A stretch of 56,301 nt of DNA, counting the filler, from Sluysia triapertura (Eukaryota): assembly GCA_046118255.1 (NCBI GenBank). It is 4 parts of 4 records of this genome, joined end to end, with 100 filler letters (N's around TTAATTAATTAA, not from the genome) between each part and the next. Parts side by side here need not be neighbours in the genome. Positions count along the whole stretch, not along the records: positions 43,762 to 56,301 come from JBJNIA010100213.1; 3 more parts are not named here. The stretch is one strand, 5' to 3'. The translations under genes were made by a program, and so were the position numbers. Under the pieces are notes generated by a model, which saw nothing but the letters and a program-made list of their open reading frames with translations, searched no databases and had not been told where the DNA came from. This document shows, piece after piece, positions 50,551 through 56,301 of this stretch; the stretch's first letter is position 1; each line of letters starts with the position of its first letter.

Positions 50551-51278
50551 TGTGAAGGAGCAACGGCAATAAGGTATATATGATGTATCATATGTAGTTG
50601 TTGCTTCACAGTGCGATAATGAATGCTTTAAAGTTATCTTAACTTCGTTTTTTGAAAGATGTAATGGTTTAGGTTGTAAGTGAAATGAAGAATGTTAGTA
50701 TAGTTTATTGAAACTTATTGAAGGTTTATAATTTGAAAACAAGATTTGTGCATTAGATATAATGGTTTGAAATGCTTATTGAAAGATTGAAATTATTTTA
50801 ATTTTGAATGGAGATTACAAAATAAATCTTAGTATATTATGATGTTATTGCGAGTAATTGTTGATGAAGTGGATTTAGGTTGGTGTTGTTGATTGAAGGT
50901 TTTGATGTAAATGATCTATGCTTCTGAGGTCTTTGTTAGCGTTGTTGAATAATGCTGTTATATTTATGGTTTGTATACTTTATGTTGTTATTATGATTTG
51001 TTTGTTGAAATATCTTATGAATGAATGTTGTGAATTATTCGAGATTAAATGTCGAAGTTTGTTATGCTATGGGTGGTTAAAAGTGTTGGTTGAATTGTTG
51101 ATATGTGTAGATTGATGGAATGTTATAAATATGGATTATTGTTTAAAGTGTTTGTGTTGATGTAGTTTGATAGTAAAATAATGTGATTGTTTTAAAATTT
51201 GAATTTTGGTGAAATTTGATTTGTAAATGTTAGATGCCATATTTTGATAGGTTTTGATTATGAGTCTTGGCCACTATA
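50551..51278 (-). mobile_element. LTR-like repeat, possibly full length (about 730 bp)
   Basis: Minus strand starts TATAGTGGCCAA, is A/C-rich and ends ..CTTCACA inside a terminal hairpin (TGTGAAG..CTTCACA); no TSD found. Confidence 0.5.
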
Positions 51279-52319
51279 TCGCCATTTTGTAATCGACGCC
51301 ATTTAAAAAATCATTGCTATCTTCGATTTTATACTATTTTTGCAACCAGCAGACAATATTCAATCTATTCAATGCTTAAATTATTTTGTTCTTTGTTAAG
51401 TAGATATTAATTTCATATAAGGAAGTTAATATCCTAAAATCTACTAAACTAGAAATCTTACTTATTAAAGTGCAATTCAAGTAATTCTATATTATTTAAT
51501 TTTTTTAAAAGTTGTAATAAAATTTTCCGAATTTTGCTTTCGTTACAAGGTATTTTATTAAAAAAGAGAAAATTAAATAAAATATTCTCTGAAAGTTATA
51601 GAATATTAAGTAAAAAAATTATAAATAAAAGGAAGAGTTATATTAGATATAATTATTGAAGAGTTGATTAAGTAATTAATAATTATTTGGACTTCTAGCA
51701 ATTAATTGTTGATTGGATTAATAAATTGTTCCATAAAATTACGTGATTGAGACCCTCATTGATGTAAGATTTAAGGAATCCTTTCGTAGTTTTTGACATC
51801 CTGTGAATACGTCTTTTACGTGATATAACTCGTATATCACAGGTGAACCCAAAAGGTTTAATAATTTCATAATTGTTGCAGACTGGGAAAAATCTGAACA
51901 CAATTTTAACTTTGTTTATTCAGCTGAAAGGACTTTTCAATCAATACAATTGCATACGTACACAATGCACAGTAAATTTCTTTACGAAACTAAATTGAAT
52001 ACTAATTTTATTATAAGTAATATAATAAAATAAGTAAATTAAAAAATTTTCCGTAAAAGGAAATTGTTCAATGTTTCAATTTAGATTGTAACAATAAAAC
52101 AATTAAATTATTGAACAAAAACTTATTTTTAAATTTTAGCTAAATCGTCGTCAAATGGCAAACTAAATTTTTGCATCAAATTCGTTCAACGCAGCTATTT
52201 ATATTTGATTTTTTAAAGTATTTTTAAAAGGTATAATTCATACATTTAAGTATCCATTGAAATCTCGCTAATTCAATTTTGTGTCATTTTATTATATATG
52301 AACATCACTATACGAAATA

Positions 52320-52950
52320 CTAAAGAAATTCAATGTACCAAATGTAATTACATGAAAAACAAATGTTATATGGAACAACAGGGTTGAGAAATATTAAATA
52401 CAACATTAACACGTTAATGTCGAAATAATATTGTGATGGCTGGATTATAATTGAATCAGTAATGGATTTAAAATATAAAGTTTCATAATTTAAATTCAAA
52501 ATGACAAATAACAAATCGTATAACTGAGAAGCTATGGTTAAAATAAATTATACAATTAATTGGAAAATCAGATCAATAAAAAGTAATCCTTTTACTTGCA
52601 ACGAGACCCGCACATGTTGAGTTTTGAAAATGAACAAAATCTTTCACATAGAAATGACAATTTACAATATTGTGAATTAGAAACGATGTGTAACTAGATG
52701 AGCGTTTTACCATAACATTCGATTCAGCATGCATAAAATTTGTGACATCTCGTGCGTAAAACTCATAATTTCCGTCGGTATGGCCAGGATCGCCATGCTT
52801 ATTTTCAAACTTCTTCATATTTACATCTTTAGATAGGCTGTCAGACAATGACTTCAATCTTAATCGCACAGACCGTTTAGTATTTAATTTTTTAGTTGTA
52901 TTTGCGATAATCACGCCATCATCCTGATCGTCGTATTCAAATTTATTCAT
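52320..52950 (-). pseudogene. Unknown coding region (125-aa ORF plus continuation after a stop)
   Basis: ATG-initiated protein-like ORF followed by a co-oriented hydrophobic ORF. Confidence 0.4.
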
Positions 52951-53039
52951 TTTTATACTTTCATTTTTTACAGTCTATTAATATTATTGTAATTATTAAC
53001 TTTACTTTTATGTGTATTATTTTTATTAGTATATCTATG

Positions 53040-53600
53040 TTTTATATCTGATGTATTTAGACATTCACTTGCACGCTTTCCACATTTCCTATAATTCAGA
53101 CAAACTTCGCAATCTATGGTATCATTTTGAATTTTATAAGTACAGGTTTTACATAACCAAAGTTCAGTAATGTTTTCAAATCTACATTCACATTACATTA
53201 TACCTAACTCATTACGAGTTTCATAAGACCTACATTTAGTTTTTGCACACTTTTTACATATTGTAGAAACCGTATTTTCTGTTTTACAGTTATAACACAC
53301 TCATAAAGACTCTTTGCTATTTAATTCATGATAAGTAATGTCTTTATCTTTTAAATCATTATTAAAATTATACGTATAATCACTGTCACAATTATTATTA
53401 TTACCATCATTAACACTAAAGCCACTATCACCTTTATCATCTTCAACATTATTATTATTATTATCATCATCATCATCATGAGTCTCCTCATAATCATTAT
53501 TATTAATAGATGAAGTAACAGATCTAAAAGAATTTCCGTTCGATTTTAAATTCAGTATTGTAGAAATAGTAATGACGATGAAAACGCATCAAATGATTTG
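53040..53600 (-). pseudogene. RanBP2-type (NZF) zinc-finger protein pseudogene with acidic Asn/Asp-rich N-terminal part
   Basis: ECYNCKTENTVSTICKKC and WLCKTCTYK/SNDTIDCEVC fit W-x-C-x2-C-x3-N-x5-6-C-x2-C; frameshifts and stops. Confidence 0.65.
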
Positions 53601-53810
53601 TTTTCGTAACAGTCACCATGTTCTCTTGCATTTATTACTTTTTTAAAACTTTTAAATAAAAGTAAATGATATATCATCTTTTCTAATGTTTTTGCTTCTT
53701 GAATCAGACTTACTCCACCAAAGTCAACGCCAAGTTAAAATCCAGAAAACAAACTGTAGTTGTGCCTTCCATCTAGAAACACCTGAAGAGACAACTTCAA
53801 ATTTAACCAT

Positions 53811-54118
53811 TCAGCATTCATCTTCAATTTCCATAGAGTGCAATTCAGTAGTTAGTTTTGGGTTCGACCTGTCATCGATTTCTTTCATCAAACGTTTGTC
53901 CATATTTTGCACCAAATCCACGAAATTAACTCGAAAATCTTTCCACAAACTTAAATCCATTGGATTTTCCTGCTTGAAAATAACTAGTTCAATAAAATCA
54001 TCGTCATCATCATCATTAGTCTCCTCATAATCGTTGTTATCGATAGAAGAATTTCCATTCGATTTTAAATTCAGCATTGTAGAAGTAGTGATAACGGATG
54101 AAAACGCATCAAATGGTT
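53811..54118 (-). pseudogene. Tandem partial paralogue of the 53600 region with a different C-terminal part
   Basis: 54000-54118 aligns with 53460-53600 (LNLKSNGNS..NNDYEET.DDDD). Confidence 0.55.
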
Positions 54119-54237
54119 TTTACAATAAACTTTTTAATTGCAAAATAATATATAAACAAAAAATATTAATTTCAAACACAATAAAAAAACACAATAATAA
54201 AATATAAATGAAGAAATATAAAATAAAAATGATCTTC

Positions 54238-55460
54238 TTAATAATATTTAGAGTTCACTATATTACATATCCCATTTGTTGAAGATAGTCTTTTCGTAAT
54301 CGTTTCAATTGGTATAATTATTGTTGCATTCATACGTACTGAACTAACACCTTGTTCCCACACTTCAGTGTGCATTTCACGGTTTTTTATCAATTCAATC
54401 TTAAGTCGTTTGCACGACACCAAGCTGATGATATTTTTTTACTTTATCTATGTATTTAATGACGTTTGCAATCTATTGAATTACTTTTCTTAATATCTCC
54501 AGATGGCTTTTGATCCAACATTTTATCAATTTCTTCTGTAACACATAACTGAATTATCTTTTTTATTTCAATATAAAGAACACAATTGACTTTACTATAA
54601 CTAGTTTTGTTACAGTAAAAATGACAAAACAAGTTTTATTTGCCCGAATACAACCGGTGTTTTTAATTTTTATATATTGCAGTTATCGCGTAAAATTGTA
54701 GATAACTATTCAATTTGAAATGAATATGGTTGATTTAAAATTTGAATGACATCATCTGCAAATAAACCTAATGACTTGATATATTCAGCTCTAGCTTTAA
54801 ATAACTGCTTCAAAGATGTCTTTAATAAATTTTTTTCTCATGTGACCGAACTTTCTCAATAATCCACTTATTAATAGATGCGTTATAATTTATTTGTAGA
54901 GCCTTGTTAATTCCATTTAAAATAGCAACTTCAATGTGAATACGATTTAATAAAAATGCAATTTTATTAGCAACATCAACATCATAATTTTCTCTATTTT
55001 AAATTCTATATTCTTTCCATTCATGGTTGGATTTTCCATCTTCATTACACCTTCAACAAATCTATCAACGGTTGTAAAGTTTTTGCTGTTATATTTACTT
55101 GTTTGTTTATTTTCTCACTACTCTTTTCCTATATGTTCGACATTACGATTATTAAGCAAATTTTGAATATTGTATGAATCAACTGATGCATTTTCATTGC
55201 CTATATTTAATAAGGTAATATCCAAAACTGTTATTATCAATTATTAGATTTATACTTGAAATTTTTTGACAAGAGTTTTTAATCAACGAAAATTCGTTTG
55301 CATTGGCAATTCGAAAATTTTTATATTTACTTTTGTTTAAGGTTTCATTTATACAGGCAGTTGTAACATTGGAAAGGCACAAATCCTTCCATGATGTTTC
55401 AGGATGATCATTCAATATGTTTGCAGCACGAAATTTCTTATCTTCAGAGATAAAATACAA
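54238..55460 (-). pseudogene. Long broken ORF of unknown family
   Basis: Protein-like reading can be followed across frameshifts between ORFs 55194-55460 and 54238-54423; CCAAT motifs upstream at about 55801 and 55856. Confidence 0.4.
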
Positions 55461-56065
55461 GCAACAATAAGAATTTGCAAGAAATAAACAAACATATATA
55501 CTAAAAGAAAGAGGACGAAAAAGGAAAGTAATTATGTTTCGGAGGTGATGTTGAGCAAATTAGAAAAGCGATATTATAATAGTGTGTGTTTTGCAATTTG
55601 TGATATGAGTTGAAATTGAGCAATGTCAAGAGTATTAGTGAATGCCTTTTATATAAGTATGTGACTGTACATGCAATAAAAGTACAGTATATGACTGAGA
55701 CACCACAAATATATTATAAGTATTAAAATGTTATAGTTGTACATAAACTAAATCCAAATTTAAGATGATTTTAAACCAAAACTTAACGTGCAATAATAAA
55801 CCAATCAGATCGTTTAAAATGCGGCAATGCTAGTTCGAGCTAAATTAGTGTTAAGCCAATAGTAAATATCTTTAAATATTTTAATAATTGAACATAAGAA
55901 TATGTAATACATTCTAATTTTCTGAATGAAATCGTCCTAAAAATTTATTTGTTTTCATTGGCTTGACTTATTAATTTCAGTAATGATTTTAAATTAAGTA
56001 GTTTTTGTATATTACTTCTTATTTTGTAAAATTTATCAACTTTAAAATATTTTACTTCTCATGCG

Positions 56066-56076
56066 TAATAATAATA

Positions 56077-56107
<31 letters not shown>

Positions 56108-56226
56108 CAATAACAATAATCATCTTCATCATCGTTATCATCATCTAATTTTTATTTTTTGGTTGTATTGTTGTCGTCATTATCATTATAAACATCATTT
56201 TCATTATCGTGTTTATCATACTCGTC

Positions 56227-56288
<62 letters not shown>

Positions 56289-56301
56289 CATTATTATTAT
56301 T
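56066..56301. repeat. Opposed (AAT)n and (ATT)n microsatellites
   Basis: AAT/GAT/CAA run at about 56066-56120 and ATT run at about 56228-56301. Confidence 0.85.

Noticed and set aside
54810-54930. Histone H2B-like FIKDIFE motif
   Set aside because: The remaining histone-fold residues do not align convincingly.

Overview
Very AT-rich eukaryotic (animal-like) DNA made of four separate contigs joined by artificial 100-nt linkers (44 N + TTAATTAATTAA + 44 N at 13179, 26001, 43662), so nothing can be inferred about linkage across those joins. Introns are mostly tiny (34-40 nt, GT-AG), which fits a compact invertebrate-parasite genome such as an orthonectid (inference only). One gene looks intact: a 5-exon TFIIIC subunit 4 (GTF3C4). 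There is an odd UNC119 copy with an internal deletion that is fused in frame to an EMC10-like segment. Pseudogenes include an intronless DDX47/DDX49-type DEAD-box helicase, Ly6/CD59-like genes and a RanBP2-type zinc-finger gene. Most of the remainder is transposon debris: Ty3/gypsy-like gag/pol relics, LTR-like repeats, and pogo, hAT and piggyBac-like MITEs. The most interesting signal is a recurring RNA architecture upstream of gag-like relics. It consists of a three-copy module (AAUAAA, then a GURAGU splice-donor-like site, then a covarying hairpin with a palindromic ACCGGU apex in two copies), followed by tandem hairpin arrays, two of which share a bulged-A/CC/UUAA-loop/GG consensus despite unrelated lower stems. 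Also notable are a tRNA-like Pol III box placed where a 3' LTR should start, and an unclassified element family with a paired-CCAAT terminal module upstream of unknown ORFs. All homology calls are by-eye motif recognition, not database searches.
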